From Candidatus Micrarchaeaceae archaeon (GTDB taxonomy: Bacteria; Chloroflexota; Dormibacteria; Aeolococcales; Bog-877): 64,000 nucleotides of DNA. The notes beneath the pieces are model-generated. The model was not told where the DNA came from. It did no database searches and saw nothing but the letters and a program-made list of their open reading frames with translations. Position 1 is the first letter of the stretch; each line of letters begins with the position of its first letter. Shown one piece after another: positions 10,017 to 19,616 of this stretch. The position numbers and the translations under genes are program-made. The stretch spans positions 7,003 through 71,002 of the forward strand of contig DATKSI010000028.1 of the NCBI GenBank assembly GCA_035531715.1. The letters run 5' to 3'.

Positions 10017-11387
10017 ATGGAGGCGGTGGTGGTCGGCGGAGGCCTGGCCGGGATCAACACCGCCCTGGAGCTCACCGACCGAGGAGCGCGGGTCACTCTG
10101 GTGGAGCGAGCTCCGGTGTTGGGCGGGCTCTGCCGCTCGGTCCCTGACCCGGTGGCCGGACGGGTGGATACCGGACAGCACGTTTATCTGGGGTGCTGCA
10201 CCGCGCTGGAGAGCTTCCTGGGTCGGATCGGGGCTCAACCCGCCTGGAGGCAGCATCGCCTCGAGCTGATGGTGGCCAATCCCCGAACCGGGGTGACCCG
10301 TCGGCTCCGAGCGGTGCCGCTACCGGCGCCGATGCACCTGCTCCCAATTTTGCTGGGCTGGCCGGGGCTGCCCACCCGGCAGCTGGTCAAGACCGCGGCC
10401 GTCGCCGCCGCCTTGCGCCGCCTCAGCCCCCGAGACCAGGCGCTGCTCGACTCGGTGCCGGCTCGGTCGTGGCTGTACAGCCTGGGCCAGGACGATCTCG
10501 CCATTCGCCAGCTCTGGGACCCTTTCCTGGTCTCGGCCGGCAACGTATCACTGGATCGCTGTAGCGCCGGACTGGCCGCCTTCATCATCCGTGAAGGCCT
10601 GCTCGGCCAGGGCGAGGCAGGAGCGCTGAGGATCCCGGCCACCGACCTCACCGCGTGGCTCGATCCTCCCAGCCGCAGGCGGTTGCTGGAGGCTGGGGTG
10701 GAGCTGAAGCTGCGCTGGCGCGCGGCTGAGCTGCTGCCGGCATCTGAGGGGCGGCACCTTGTCCGAGGCGCCGATGGCGAGGGGATCGAGACCGACCTGA
10801 TCGTGCTGGCCGGTTCGGCGGCAAGTGCGCAGCGGCTCCTGGCCGGCCGGGGAATCTCCGATCCCACCCTGGACGCCGCCGCCCGGCTGCCCAACTCCCC
10901 CATCGTCAACCTCCATCTCTTTACTGACCGACCCTTCCTCCCCGGGCCGGTGGTGGTGGCTCCGGGCTCCCCGCTGCAATGGCTGTTCGACCGGTCTCGG
11001 CTCGGGGAGGTTGCCCTCGACTGGGAAGGACAGCCGACCTTCCACTCGGCGGTCTCGTTGTCCGCGGCGGACGAGACGATCGGGGTCGGGGAGGCGCAGC
11101 TGCTCCAGACCCTATGGCCGCTCTGTCAGGAGCTCTTCCCGGCCGCTCGCCGGGCCCGCCTCCGGCACGGCCGGATAACCCGGGAGGCCTCGGCCACCTT
11201 CGCTGCTCTGCCCGGCTCGGCGTCGGCCCGGCCCGGTCCCCGCACTCCCCTGGCGGGTGTCCTCCTGGCGGGCAACTGGACCGACACCGGGTGGCCGGCC
11301 ACCATGGAAGGGGCGGTCAGGAGCGGCCGAACCGCGGCCCAGGCCGCGCTGGACAGGACGGTGGCTCCCAGCAGCGGCATGGGGTAG
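10017..11387 (+). CDS. hpnE: Hydroxysqualene dehydroxylase HpnE (FAD-dependent amine-oxidase fold)
   Basis: ATG at 10017 gives MEAVVVGGGLAGINTALELTDRGARVTLVE (an FAD GxGxxG motif). It is the third gene of the hpnCDE triad. Confidence 0.8.
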   Translation: MEAVVVGGGLAGINTALELTDRGARVTLVERAPVLGGLCRSVPDPVAGRVDTGQHVYLGCCTALESFLGRIGAQPAWRQHRLELMVANPRTGVTRRLRAVPLPAPMHLLPILLGWPGLPTRQLVKTAAVAAALRRLSPRDQALLDSVPARSWLYSLGQDDLAIRQLWDPFLVSAGNVSLDRCSAGLAAFIIREGLLGQGEAGALRIPATDLTAWLDPPSRRRLLEAGVELKLRWRAAELLPASEGRHLVRGADGEGIETDLIVLAGSAASAQRLLAGRGISDPTLDAAARLPNSPIVNLHLFTDRPFLPGPVVVAPGSPLQWLFDRSRLGEVALDWEGQPTFHSAVSLSAADETIGVGEAQLLQTLWPLCQELFPAARRARLRHGRITREASATFAALPGSASARPGPRTPLAGVLLAGNWTDTGWPATMEGAVRSGRTAAQAALDRTVAPSSGMG

Positions 11388-11650
11388 CGGCGCCATCAGC
11401 GAGTCCGGCCCACATGGCCAGAGGCGATCGGGCTCAACAGACCGCAGTGCCCTGACGGCTGGAGACCCATCGGCCACGACCCAACGGCCTTCCCGCCGGC
11501 CGGACCAACTGCCGGAATGCTGGCGAGCACCGTTGCCGCCCGCCACGGCTGCGCTTCGATGATCACGACCCGAACAGGGCCGGGATCAGGGAGTGAGTCG
11601 GTGTCCTACTCGGCCGCGCGCCCGGCAGCAGGCGATCGCGTGGCAATCCG

Positions 11651-12631
11651 GTGAATTCCGATGTCGGTGGGAGCGGGTGGCGTAGCCTGCCCGCCATGGA
11701 CTCCTCAGCGGGCGCCTACCCCCTGCGACCGATGAATATCAGTGAAATCATCGACGCCGTCTTTCGGCTCTACCGCGCCAACCTCTGGCTGTTCGCGGCG
11801 GTGGCGGCGGTGATCCAGATTCCCTACCAACTCCTGCTGACCTTCGTTCAAGGTCAGTCGGGCTCCCTCTCCCGGGCTCTGTCCAGCCTCCCTTCGGGCG
11901 CGAGGAACTCCCACCACGTGCAGCTTCTGTTCCTGACTTACTGGCACGGCAGCGGGCTGGCGGTCCTGGCGCTGGCACTGTTCGGGCTGTTGGCCCTCCC
12001 GTTGGATCTGGCGGCGATGACCAGCGCCGGGGCGGAGCGCTATCAGGGTCGTCCGACCTCGCTCCAGCTCGCCTTCCAGGTCGCCCGGCGACGTTGGCTC
12101 CCGCTGATGGGAGTGTTTCTGCTGATGATCCTGATCCTCATTGGAGCGATCTTCGCCCTGGCCATCGCGGGCACCCTATTGACGGTGGTGCTGAAAGCGC
12201 TGGGCGTGCTGCTGCTGGTATTGCTCTGCTTGACAGCGGTGACCGCCGGGATCATCGCTTCCGTCCGCTTGATCGTGACCATCCCGGTGGTGGTGCTGGA
12301 ACCGGCCGGCCCCCTGCAGGCGATGCAACGCTCCTGGAGCCTCATTCGCGGACACAGCTGGTTCGTCATCGGGGTTGTCCTGGTGCTGACCCTGATCGTC
12401 GGTTTTTCCGGCCTCGTGCTCGGCGTAATAGCCGGTCTCCTGGCCGCTCTGGCAGGTGGAGTTGCCACGGTGCCCGGCCATGTGATCACCGCTGCCACCT
12501 CATTGGTGATCAGTGTTCTCTTCGCTCCGGTAACTTCACTTGGAGTCATGCTGCTCTACTTCAATCTCCGAGGCCGGAAGGAGGGATCGGAGTTGGGCCC
12601 GACCGTCGGACAGCCCGCTCTCGGGGTCTGA
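11651..12631 (+). CDS. Polytopic membrane protein, unknown function
   Basis: 326-aa ORF with about 6 hydrophobic helices. The N-terminus NISEIIDAVFRLYRANLWLF resembles GPDPase-membrane/DUF-type proteins, from memory only. The start may be the internal ATG near 11696. Confidence 0.5.
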   Translation: MNSDVGGSGWRSLPAMDSSAGAYPLRPMNISEIIDAVFRLYRANLWLFAAVAAVIQIPYQLLLTFVQGQSGSLSRALSSLPSGARNSHHVQLLFLTYWHGSGLAVLALALFGLLALPLDLAAMTSAGAERYQGRPTSLQLAFQVARRRWLPLMGVFLLMILILIGAIFALAIAGTLLTVVLKALGVLLLVLLCLTAVTAGIIASVRLIVTIPVVVLEPAGPLQAMQRSWSLIRGHSWFVIGVVLVLTLIVGFSGLVLGVIAGLLAALAGGVATVPGHVITAATSLVISVLFAPVTSLGVMLLYFNLRGRKEGSELGPTVGQPALGV

Positions 12632-12845
12632 TTTCGGCCGACCGCGCCCAAGTTCCGTCAGGGTGCAGCTCCCGAAGCGCAGCCACCCGCAGCTCCTGGC
12701 GTGCCGCCCAGGCGGCCGAAAGCCAGCTCCGGGTTGAAGGGCTCGGCTCCGGAGGCGATCACCCGGGTCACGACGGAGTGGGTGCAAGCCGGAAACGCTT
12801 CATTAGTCGAGATGCACGGAGCCGGCGGCTGTCCGCCCGCCGATC

Positions 12846-14330
12846 TCAAGAACGGGGAGCAGTTGCTTGCCCGTCCGTCAGGCCGCCAGCCGTCAGATCA
12901 GCCGGACTAGTCGCGAGCCGCTCGAGGACGGGCGCCGCCAGCGCGACCGCTCGGCCCAAAGCGGAGAGGGCGACCCGCTGATTTCTGCCGACCTGAAGCA
13001 GCGTCGCCAAGCTCCCCGGGTGGGCCACGATCAGTCGGGCCACCCGGACCGGGCTGGGTCCAATCGACCCGGGCGGCACCAGCTTCGCGGTGCCTCCCAA
13101 GGGAGCGGTTGGGGTGTCGCTCACCGCGCGTAGGGCGGCCAGCAGGCCCGCCGGCGGTTGGCTCCGAGCGGCCAGCCAGGCCGCGGTCTCCATCTCGACG
13201 ATGTCCACTCCCCGTTGCGCCAGAGCCGCTCGGTCGGCGGAGCTGTCGGTGGCAGAGTCGCGACTGCCCAACCGGGCCGACCCTCCTACAGCAGCTGCAA
13301 CCAGCCGGTTGTGGGGGGACCGATCGAGCTCGAGCCACCCGCCATCGGAGCGCAGCACGCTGGACCCGATCCCCACCGAACCCACCGGCCAGTCACCGGA
13401 GCAAGCGCCACCCACCCCGGCGACCAGAATTGCGGTTCCCCCAGGCGCTACCCGCGCCGCGGCCGACGCCGCCGCGACGCCCAGGCCGGTCGCCCAGACC
13501 TCGATCGAGGGCCGGCCGGGACGGCTCCAGCGCATATGCCCGCCGTCCGGACGGCCCAGCCAGCCGGGTCCCAGCGCCCGGCAGACCGCCTGCGCCTCGG
13601 ATCCCAGGGCGCAGGCGACCAGCACCAGCGGGGGGCCGGCTGGCCGCCGGGGCCAGGGCGCTCCCAGGGCCACCAACCCCAACCCGAGCAGCAGGAGGAG
13701 CGCCAGCAGGGCGCTGGGCGCGATGCCCAAAACAAGCGCCAAAACCACACTCTGGGTCAGCACCCCCACCAGCAGCAGGGCCGCCACCGCGAGCTCTGAG
13801 CGGCTGCCTTGCCGCTGGCCACCGAGCCAGAAGCCCAGCCAGAGCTGGAGCGTGAGTCCCACCACCAGCCAGCCCAGGTAGTTGGGCCAGGAGACGCCGT
13901 ACCAGACCCCGGTGTGGGCGGGGTACGAATAGATCGAGCCGAGCCACCACCGAGCGCCGCGGAGAGCCACCGGGTCGACCACGACGTCGATCGCGACCAT
14001 CGCCAGGGCCGCCACCACCAGCCGTCGAGCGCCGCTCGCTCCGAGCCAACCGGCCGCCGTAAAGGTGACGAAGGCCAGCCAGGTGAAGCTCAGGCTGTCA
14101 AAGAGAGGGACCCCCAGCACCCGCCAGTCCTGAGTCAGCCCGGCGCTGCGGTAGGAGTAGACGCCGAAGGGGAACCCCGGACCCGAGGTGGCAGCCCATT
14201 CCGCTGCGAAGGCGATCATCCAACCGCCCAGCCCGATCGGCAGCGCACGGCGCCAGCCGAACTGTCGCCAGATCACCAGGATCACCAGCGCCCAGGGAAC
14301 GAAGGCGTACCAGCGCAGGAGCAGCGGCAT
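12846..14330 (-). CDS. hpnG: Fusion protein: CruF/DUF422-like ('carotenoid biosynthesis protein') membrane domain + HpnG-type hopanoid-associated nucleosidase/phosphorylase
   Basis: The N-terminal ~235 aa are polytopic and contain AAEWAATSGPGFPFGVYSYRS...LGVPLFDSLSFTW. The C-terminal ~255 aa have the PNP_UDP fold (LVLVACALGSEAQAV, ILVAGVGGA, VDIVEMETAAW). It is one uninterrupted ORF, 6 nt downstream of hpnA. Confidence 0.7.
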   Translation of the reverse strand: MPLLLRWYAFVPWALVILVIWRQFGWRRALPIGLGGWMIAFAAEWAATSGPGFPFGVYSYRSAGLTQDWRVLGVPLFDSLSFTWLAFVTFTAAGWLGASGARRLVVAALAMVAIDVVVDPVALRGARWWLGSIYSYPAHTGVWYGVSWPNYLGWLVVGLTLQLWLGFWLGGQRQGSRSELAVAALLLVGVLTQSVVLALVLGIAPSALLALLLLLGLGLVALGAPWPRRPAGPPLVLVACALGSEAQAVCRALGPGWLGRPDGGHMRWSRPGRPSIEVWATGLGVAAASAAARVAPGGTAILVAGVGGACSGDWPVGSVGIGSSVLRSDGGWLELDRSPHNRLVAAAVGGSARLGSRDSATDSSADRAALAQRGVDIVEMETAAWLAARSQPPAGLLAALRAVSDTPTAPLGGTAKLVPPGSIGPSPVRVARLIVAHPGSLATLLQVGRNQRVALSALGRAVALAAPVLERLATSPADLTAGGLTDGQATAPRS

Positions 14331-14336
14331 CAGAGC

Positions 14337-15347
14337 TCAGCCCCCCGAGATGCGAGCTGGGCCCAGCTCTGCCACCGACTGGCGCAGGGCCAGATCCAGA
14401 TCACCGGGATTCCACCCGAGCTCAGCCTGGGCGCGCTGGGCATTGACGTACATCGGGTGGGCCGCCATCTGGACGGAGGTCAGGGAGATGGTCGGTGCCT
14501 GACCGGTCACGCGGCCCCGGGCCTCGCTGACCAAGGCCGCGGCGAAAGCCACGCCCAACGGCACCCGCCACCGGGGGGGCGCCACCCCGGCGATCTCCGC
14601 CACCAGGGTCAGCAGCTGGCGCAGGGTGAGATTTCGGTCTCCCAAGATGTAGGAGCGCCCCGGCCTACCGCGTTCGAGGGCGAGCACGTGGCCCGCAGCC
14701 ACCGCCTCCACCGCCACCAGGTTGAGCCCCGTCTGGACGAAGGCGGGGATCCGGCCGCCGAGGAAGTCCTGGATCGTCTGGCCAGTCGGGGTGGGGCGGG
14801 CGTCGCCACTTCCGACCGGGGTGCTGGGCTGCACCACCACCACCTCGAGTCCCGGCGGAGCCTGGTCCAGGACCAGCCGTTCGGCCGCCCACTTGGTGCG
14901 TTTGTAGGGGCCGGCAAGGCCCGCCGGTGAGGTAGCCATGTCCTCCTCGGAGCAGACCCGTCCGTGGCGCTGGAAGGCGAGCGTGCCCACCGTGCTGCAG
15001 TGAACCAGCCGACGGACCCCGGCCCGACCGGCCGCCTCCAAGACGTTGGCAGTTCCCCCCACATTGACCGCGATCATCGAACTGACATCAGCCCGGCGCA
15101 GGGAGAGGCGGTAGTCCGCCGCGCAGTGGATCACCGCTGCACAACCCCCGGCCGCCGTCAAGAGCGATGCGAGATCGGTCAGATCACCCGCGCAGGTGGT
15201 CACCCCTTCAGGGGGGTGGAACCGCTGGGGCCGGCGGACCAGCGCTCGCACCTGGTAGCCGGCCCCGAGCAGATGGCGCATCACGGCGGCGCCGACGAAG
15301 CCGGTGGCGCCGGTCAGCAGAACCGGACCGGCAGTCGGCTGGCTCAT
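14337..15347 (-). CDS. hpnA: Hopanoid-associated NAD-dependent sugar epimerase/dehydratase HpnA
   Basis: Has the SDR extended-family motif LLTGATGFVGAAV and a YxxxK site (GPYKRTK). It sits next to hpnG in the hopanoid locus. Confidence 0.8.
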   Translation of the reverse strand: MSQPTAGPVLLTGATGFVGAAVMRHLLGAGYQVRALVRRPQRFHPPEGVTTCAGDLTDLASLLTAAGGCAAVIHCAADYRLSLRRADVSSMIAVNVGGTANVLEAAGRAGVRRLVHCSTVGTLAFQRHGRVCSEEDMATSPAGLAGPYKRTKWAAERLVLDQAPPGLEVVVVQPSTPVGSGDARPTPTGQTIQDFLGGRIPAFVQTGLNLVAVEAVAAGHVLALERGRPGRSYILGDRNLTLRQLLTLVAEIAGVAPPRWRVPLGVAFAAALVSEARGRVTGQAPTISLTSVQMAAHPMYVNAQRAQAELGWNPGDLDLALRQSVAELGPARISGG

Positions 15348-16039
15348 CCGGGCGCGGAGGCGGCCAGCAGGGGGGCGTTCAAAACGTAGCCGTCACGGCG
15401 CTTGGTCCGCAGCAGGCGAGGACGGCTGGGGTCGGCTTCCAGCTTGAGCCGGAGCCGGTGGATGCACATGGTCACCGCGGCCGGGGTGGCGGTCGGATCT
15501 CCGCCCCAGGCGCCGTCGATGATCTGGCGGCGACTCAACACAACTCCGGCGTTGAGGGCCAGGTACTCGAGGAGATCGGCCTCCCGGGGACTGAGGAAGT
15601 GGCGTCGACCCTCGATGCGGGCGCTGCGCCGGGCCGGCTCGACCACCAGGGGACCCACTTCCAGCACCCGACCCGACGACCGACGCTCAACCTGGCGGCG
15701 GCGAAAGATGGCGCGCATGGTGGCCCTCAGCATGGCCGGGGGATAGGGCTTGGCGAGAACGTAGTCGGCACCCGCCTCCATCAGCGAGACGGTCTCCGAG
15801 AGATCGGCGGTCAGCACCACCAGAGGGGCCGTGGAGATGGTCCGGATCGCCTCCACCCCCCGGGCTCCCTGTAAGAGCGCCCGATCGGCGACCAGGGCCG
15901 CTGGCTGCTCGCGCCGGATCAGCTGGGAGAGCTCTTCCCAGCTGACCACCACCCGCGCCTCCAGCCCCGCGGTCTGGGCCACGATGTGGGCCGCGACATC
16001 CGCATAGTCGGGGTCGGCCTCTAGGATGGGAACTAGCAC
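15344..16039 (-). CDS. OmpR-family response regulator (receiver + winged-helix)
   Basis: The receiver domain shows a putative acceptor Asp (ALVADRALL), LVVLTA and LAKP. The C-terminal trans_reg_C region reads LSPREADLLEYLALN...LLRTKRRDGYVL. There is a 4-nt overlap with the hpnA start. Confidence 0.8.
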   Translation of the reverse strand: MLVPILEADPDYADVAAHIVAQTAGLEARVVVSWEELSQLIRREQPAALVADRALLQGARGVEAIRTISTAPLVVLTADLSETVSLMEAGADYVLAKPYPPAMLRATMRAIFRRRQVERRSSGRVLEVGPLVVEPARRSARIEGRRHFLSPREADLLEYLALNAGVVLSRRQIIDGAWGGDPTATPAAVTMCIHRLRLKLEADPSRPRLLRTKRRDGYVLNAPLLAASAPG

Positions 16040-16104
16040 CGGTCCATTCTCCGGGACCGCTGTGGAAGCCCTCGATCTCTGGTCGCCTGCATGAGGTCCT
16101 GATC

Positions 16105-16974
16105 ATGATTGCTGATGTGCTCGATCGGTTGATCCAAAAGCTCACCTTCCTCGGTCCCCTGGGGGAGCTCCTCCACCGCTGGTTGGCCCAACTGGGCGCC
16201 AGCAGCGGCTCCGCCGCCGCTCCGGCCAAGGACATCCTGAACGGAACCTGGCTCGGCCACCCGGTCCATCCCGTGCTCACTGACGTGCCCATCGGCGCCT
16301 GGCTGGGCGCCAGCCTGCTGGACCTCGCCGGCCGCGGCCCAGACGCGGGCACCAAGCGGGCAGCCGACGCCCTGATGGCTCTCGGCTGTGTCGCCGGCGT
16401 GGGCGCCGCCGTCACCGGTCTGGCGGACTGGCAGGACCAGGTCGGCCAGAGCCGTGATCTCGGCACCGCCCATGCCCTGATCAACACCAGCGCGCTGGCC
16501 CTCTGCTTCAGCTCCCTGGCACTCCGGATCAGAGGGTCGCGTGGTCCGGCGATCCGACTTTCACTGCTCGGGCTGGGTCTGGCATCGGCCGGTGCCTACC
16601 TGGGCGGCGACATGGTCTACCGGCTCGGGATGCAGGTGAATCACAACGCCTTCACCAGCGGACCCAAGAAGTGGACCGCGGTGGCCGACGAGAGCGAGGT
16701 GGTCGAGGGACAATTCGTGCGCAAGCAGGTCGGCAAGAACCAGGTCCTGCTGACCCGCCTCCACCAGCAGATCTGTGCCGCCAGCGCCACCTGTTCGCAC
16801 GCCGGTGGTCCCCTCGACGAGCTGCCGCTGGAGGACGGACGGCTCCACTGCCCCTGGCATGGGTCCCAGTTCGAGCTCCTGAGTGGATACGTGGCCCATG
16901 GGCCGGCGACCATGGCCAACCCGGTCTTCGAAACCCGTACCAGAGAGGGTAAGGTGGAGATCCGCCGAAGCTAG
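16105..16974 (+). CDS. DUF2231-type membrane domain fused to a Rieske [2Fe-2S] domain
   Basis: The N-terminus has WLGHPVHPVLTDVPIG and TM helices. The C-terminus has CSHAGGPL...CPWHGSQF (Rieske CxH...CxxH). Confidence 0.75.
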   Translation: MIADVLDRLIQKLTFLGPLGELLHRWLAQLGASSGSAAAPAKDILNGTWLGHPVHPVLTDVPIGAWLGASLLDLAGRGPDAGTKRAADALMALGCVAGVGAAVTGLADWQDQVGQSRDLGTAHALINTSALALCFSSLALRIRGSRGPAIRLSLLGLGLASAGAYLGGDMVYRLGMQVNHNAFTSGPKKWTAVADESEVVEGQFVRKQVGKNQVLLTRLHQQICAASATCSHAGGPLDELPLEDGRLHCPWHGSQFELLSGYVAHGPATMANPVFETRTREGKVEIRRS

Positions 16975-16976
16975 CC

Positions 16977-17603
16977 GTGATCCAGATCGATCACGTCCTG
17001 TTCGCGACCACCGATCTCGCTATCGGGGAGCAACAGCTCTGGCGCGGCTATGGACTGGGCTCAATCCCAGGCGGCCGCCACGTCAGCTGGGGCACCGCGA
17101 ACCGGATCGCCCCCCTGGGCAGCCAGTATCTGGAGCTGGTGGCCGCGGAGAACGCAGAGCTGGCCCGCCACAGCCTGCTGGGCCGGGCGGTGCTGGCCGC
17201 CGCCGACCGCGACCGCCTGACCCCGATCGGGCTGTGCCTGAGGGTGGACGACCTCGCCGAAGTGGAGACGCGGCTGGGCGAACCCGGGGAGCCGGGAACG
17301 AGGTTGCAGGCAGACGGGACCGAGATCCGCTGGAACACCGTGGGACTGGGCCAGGCCTTCGGTCCGACTCGACTTCCCTTCTTCATCGCCTGGGAGAACG
17401 CCGCTCAGCATCCATCGCAAGCGACGGGCCGCCACCGGATCGCGCCGCTGGAGATCTTCGAGGTCGAGGTGGGTGGAGCGGAGTCCGCGCTGCGGCAGCG
17501 CCTGGGCGGCGATGTTCCCGGGGTGCGAGTGGTCGGGGGCGCTCCGGGAGTTCGGTCGATCACGGTTAGGCTGGAGGACGGTTCCGAACTGCATCTGCCC
17601 TGA
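16977..17603 (+). CDS. VOC/glyoxalase-like domain protein
   Basis: IDHVLFATTDL...GGRHVSWGTANRIAPLGSQYLELV matches the glyoxalase-like domain pattern. It starts 2 nt after the previous gene. Confidence 0.55.
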   Translation: MIQIDHVLFATTDLAIGEQQLWRGYGLGSIPGGRHVSWGTANRIAPLGSQYLELVAAENAELARHSLLGRAVLAAADRDRLTPIGLCLRVDDLAEVETRLGEPGEPGTRLQADGTEIRWNTVGLGQAFGPTRLPFFIAWENAAQHPSQATGRHRIAPLEIFEVEVGGAESALRQRLGGDVPGVRVVGGAPGVRSITVRLEDGSELHLP

Positions 17604-17816
17604 ACGTGGCCGGAGAGGAGCTCCCGAAGCTGGCTGGTGGCAGAGGGGAACATTCGAGAGGCCGGTCCCAGCCGGGCCACGGGGTGAATCGACGAGCTCC
17701 CCGCCGCCTGGTCGCCGCGACCGGTGACTCCAGACCAGGGATCGGCCCTGAGTTCGGGCGCGGCTCGAGCGGGATGAGGGCCGGCCGCTCAGTCCCCTCT
17801 TGACCAGGCAGCCGGT

Positions 17817-18797
17817 CTAGGCTCCGGGGTCGGGCAGCCCCACCAACGCCAGGGCGGTCCGCCGCACCGCCTCCGGCATCTGCACCAGATCGTAGCCACC
17901 TTCCAGCAGCCAGACGGTTGGTCCCGCCTCCAGTTCGGCGGAGATCTCGCTCAGCCAGCGGGCGGCTGTGCCGTAGGCCCCGGGGTCGAGGTTGAGCTGG
18001 GCCAGCGGATCGGCGGCCAGGGCATCGTATCCGGCGCTCACCAGGATCAGCTGGGGGCGGTGTCGGCGGAGCGCCGGAAGCAGCTTCTCTAGCAGTGCCC
18101 CGAGCCACTGGTCCGGACCAGCCCCGGGTGGGAGCGGGAGATTGAGGTTGGCGCCGGCTCCGGCGCCTGACCCCTGCTCGGCCGAGGTGCCGGTGCCGGG
18201 ATAGAGGGGCAGCTGGTGCAGGGAGCAGTAAAGGACTTCGGCATCTTGGTAGAAGACCTCCTGGGTGCCGTTGCCATGGTGGACGTCGAGGTCGACCACC
18301 GCCACCCGCTCTACCCCCAGGCGCCGTTGGGCGTGGCGCACCGCGATGGCCGCGTTGTTGAAGAGACAGAATCCCATCGCCCTGGTGGCGGTGGCATGGT
18401 GTCCCGGCGGGCGCACCAGCCCGAAGGCCGGCCCCTTGGGGCTGCCGGTCGCCACCTCGACCGCGGCGATGGCGGCCCCGACCGCTCCCAGGGCCACCTG
18501 GTAGGAGTCCCGGCCACAGAAGGTGTCAGCGTCGATCCAGCCGCCCCCCCGGGCGGCGAAGCGCTGGATCCGCTCCAGGTGTTGGGGGGCGTGGACCAGC
18601 AGGATGTCGTCCGCGGTGGCCGAGGGCGCGGTCGCCCAGCGGCACGCCTCCAGTTGCGGATCCGCTCGCAGCCGAGCGGTGATCGCCCGCAGGCGCTCGG
18701 GCGATTCGGGATGCCCGGCTTGGTGGTGCTTCAGGAAGAGGTCGTCGTAGAAGAAGACCAACGGAGGCGATCCGGACACCGGCGGGTCCACCGCCAA
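17817..18797 (-). CDS. Histone deacetylase-family (AcuC/HDAC-like) amidohydrolase
   Basis: RPPGHHA and [11 protein letters not shown] are class I/II HDAC catalytic and zinc motifs. Its start directly abuts the stop of the upstream YbjQ gene with no gap. Confidence 0.85.
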   Translation of the reverse strand: MAVDPPVSGSPPLVFFYDDLFLKHHQAGHPESPERLRAITARLRADPQLEACRWATAPSATADDILLVHAPQHLERIQRFAARGGGWIDADTFCGRDSYQVALGAVGAAIAAVEVATGSPKGPAFGLVRPPGHHATATRAMGFCLFNNAAIAVRHAQRRLGVERVAVVDLDVHHGNGTQEVFYQDAEVLYCSLHQLPLYPGTGTSAEQGSGAGAGANLNLPLPPGAGPDQWLGALLEKLLPALRRHRPQLILVSAGYDALAADPLAQLNLDPGAYGTAARWLSEISAELEAGPTVWLLEGGYDLVQMPEAVRRTALALVGLPDPGA

Positions 18798-19616
18798 CTA
18801 CTGATCCAGCGAGAGCACCAATTGCGGGGGTGCGATGCGGTGGTCTTCTTTGGTCGGCCGGACCGCGGTGCCCACGGCGAAGAACTCGATCACATGGGTG
18901 CCCCAGCCATGGTTGCTCTCCCGGATCTGGGCGCCGACGATCCCTTCGGCAGCCACCTCCTCGGCCTCGGTCTGCATCCGCTCCATGGCCAACTCCCGGG
19001 CGTCGTAGAGGGCCTGGGTGAAGTTGGGCATCTCCTGGTTTTGGCCGACGCTGCGCATCCACTGGCCCAGTCCCTGGTGAGCCACGTGATACACGCATGA
19101 GCCCATCACCAAAGCCAGGGGGGCGTACCCGGCCTGGAGCAGGGTCCAGAAGTCCTGGCCGGACAGATCGGAGGTGAAGGGCTTGTTCTTGTTGGTCCGC
19201 ATGCTCCCCTTCTGACTCCGGACCGCGGTTCCAACCGCCATGAACTCGGCCAGCCCCTGTCCCCACTCGTAGCGGTTGATATCCAGCCGGACGCCAACGA
19301 TCCCATCCGCACCCAGGGCATCCGCCTCCTCCTCCATCCGGCTCATCGCCAGCTCGCGGGCCTGGTACATGGCCTGACTGAGCACCTGGAGTTCTTGGTT
19401 CTGGCGGTAATTGGCGATTTGCAGCCCGATATGGTAGATCGAGCTGCCGATCACCAGCCCCACCGGGTCGAAGCCCGCCTCCTTGACCAGCAGGAACTCG
19501 GAGATCGAGAGATCGCTGGTGAAGAGTCCCTTCCTGCCTTCACCGCCGCGCATCTCGCGCAGGCGGCGGACGGCGTCCTCGGGGATGTCCGGCTTAGGGG
19601 ATGGTTGATCCGACAT
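18798..19616 (-). CDS. Tandem YbjQ/UPF0145 (DUF74) domain protein
   Basis: Two repeats of the YbjQ pattern are present: FTSDLSISEFLLVKEAGFDPVGLVIGSS...FMAVGTAV and FTSDLSGQDFWTLLQAGYAPLALVMGSC...FFAVGTAV. Confidence 0.75.
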   Translation of the reverse strand: MSDQPSPKPDIPEDAVRRLREMRGGEGRKGLFTSDLSISEFLLVKEAGFDPVGLVIGSSIYHIGLQIANYRQNQELQVLSQAMYQARELAMSRMEEEADALGADGIVGVRLDINRYEWGQGLAEFMAVGTAVRSQKGSMRTNKNKPFTSDLSGQDFWTLLQAGYAPLALVMGSCVYHVAHQGLGQWMRSVGQNQEMPNFTQALYDARELAMERMQTEAEEVAAEGIVGAQIRESNHGWGTHVIEFFAVGTAVRPTKEDHRIAPPQLVLSLDQ

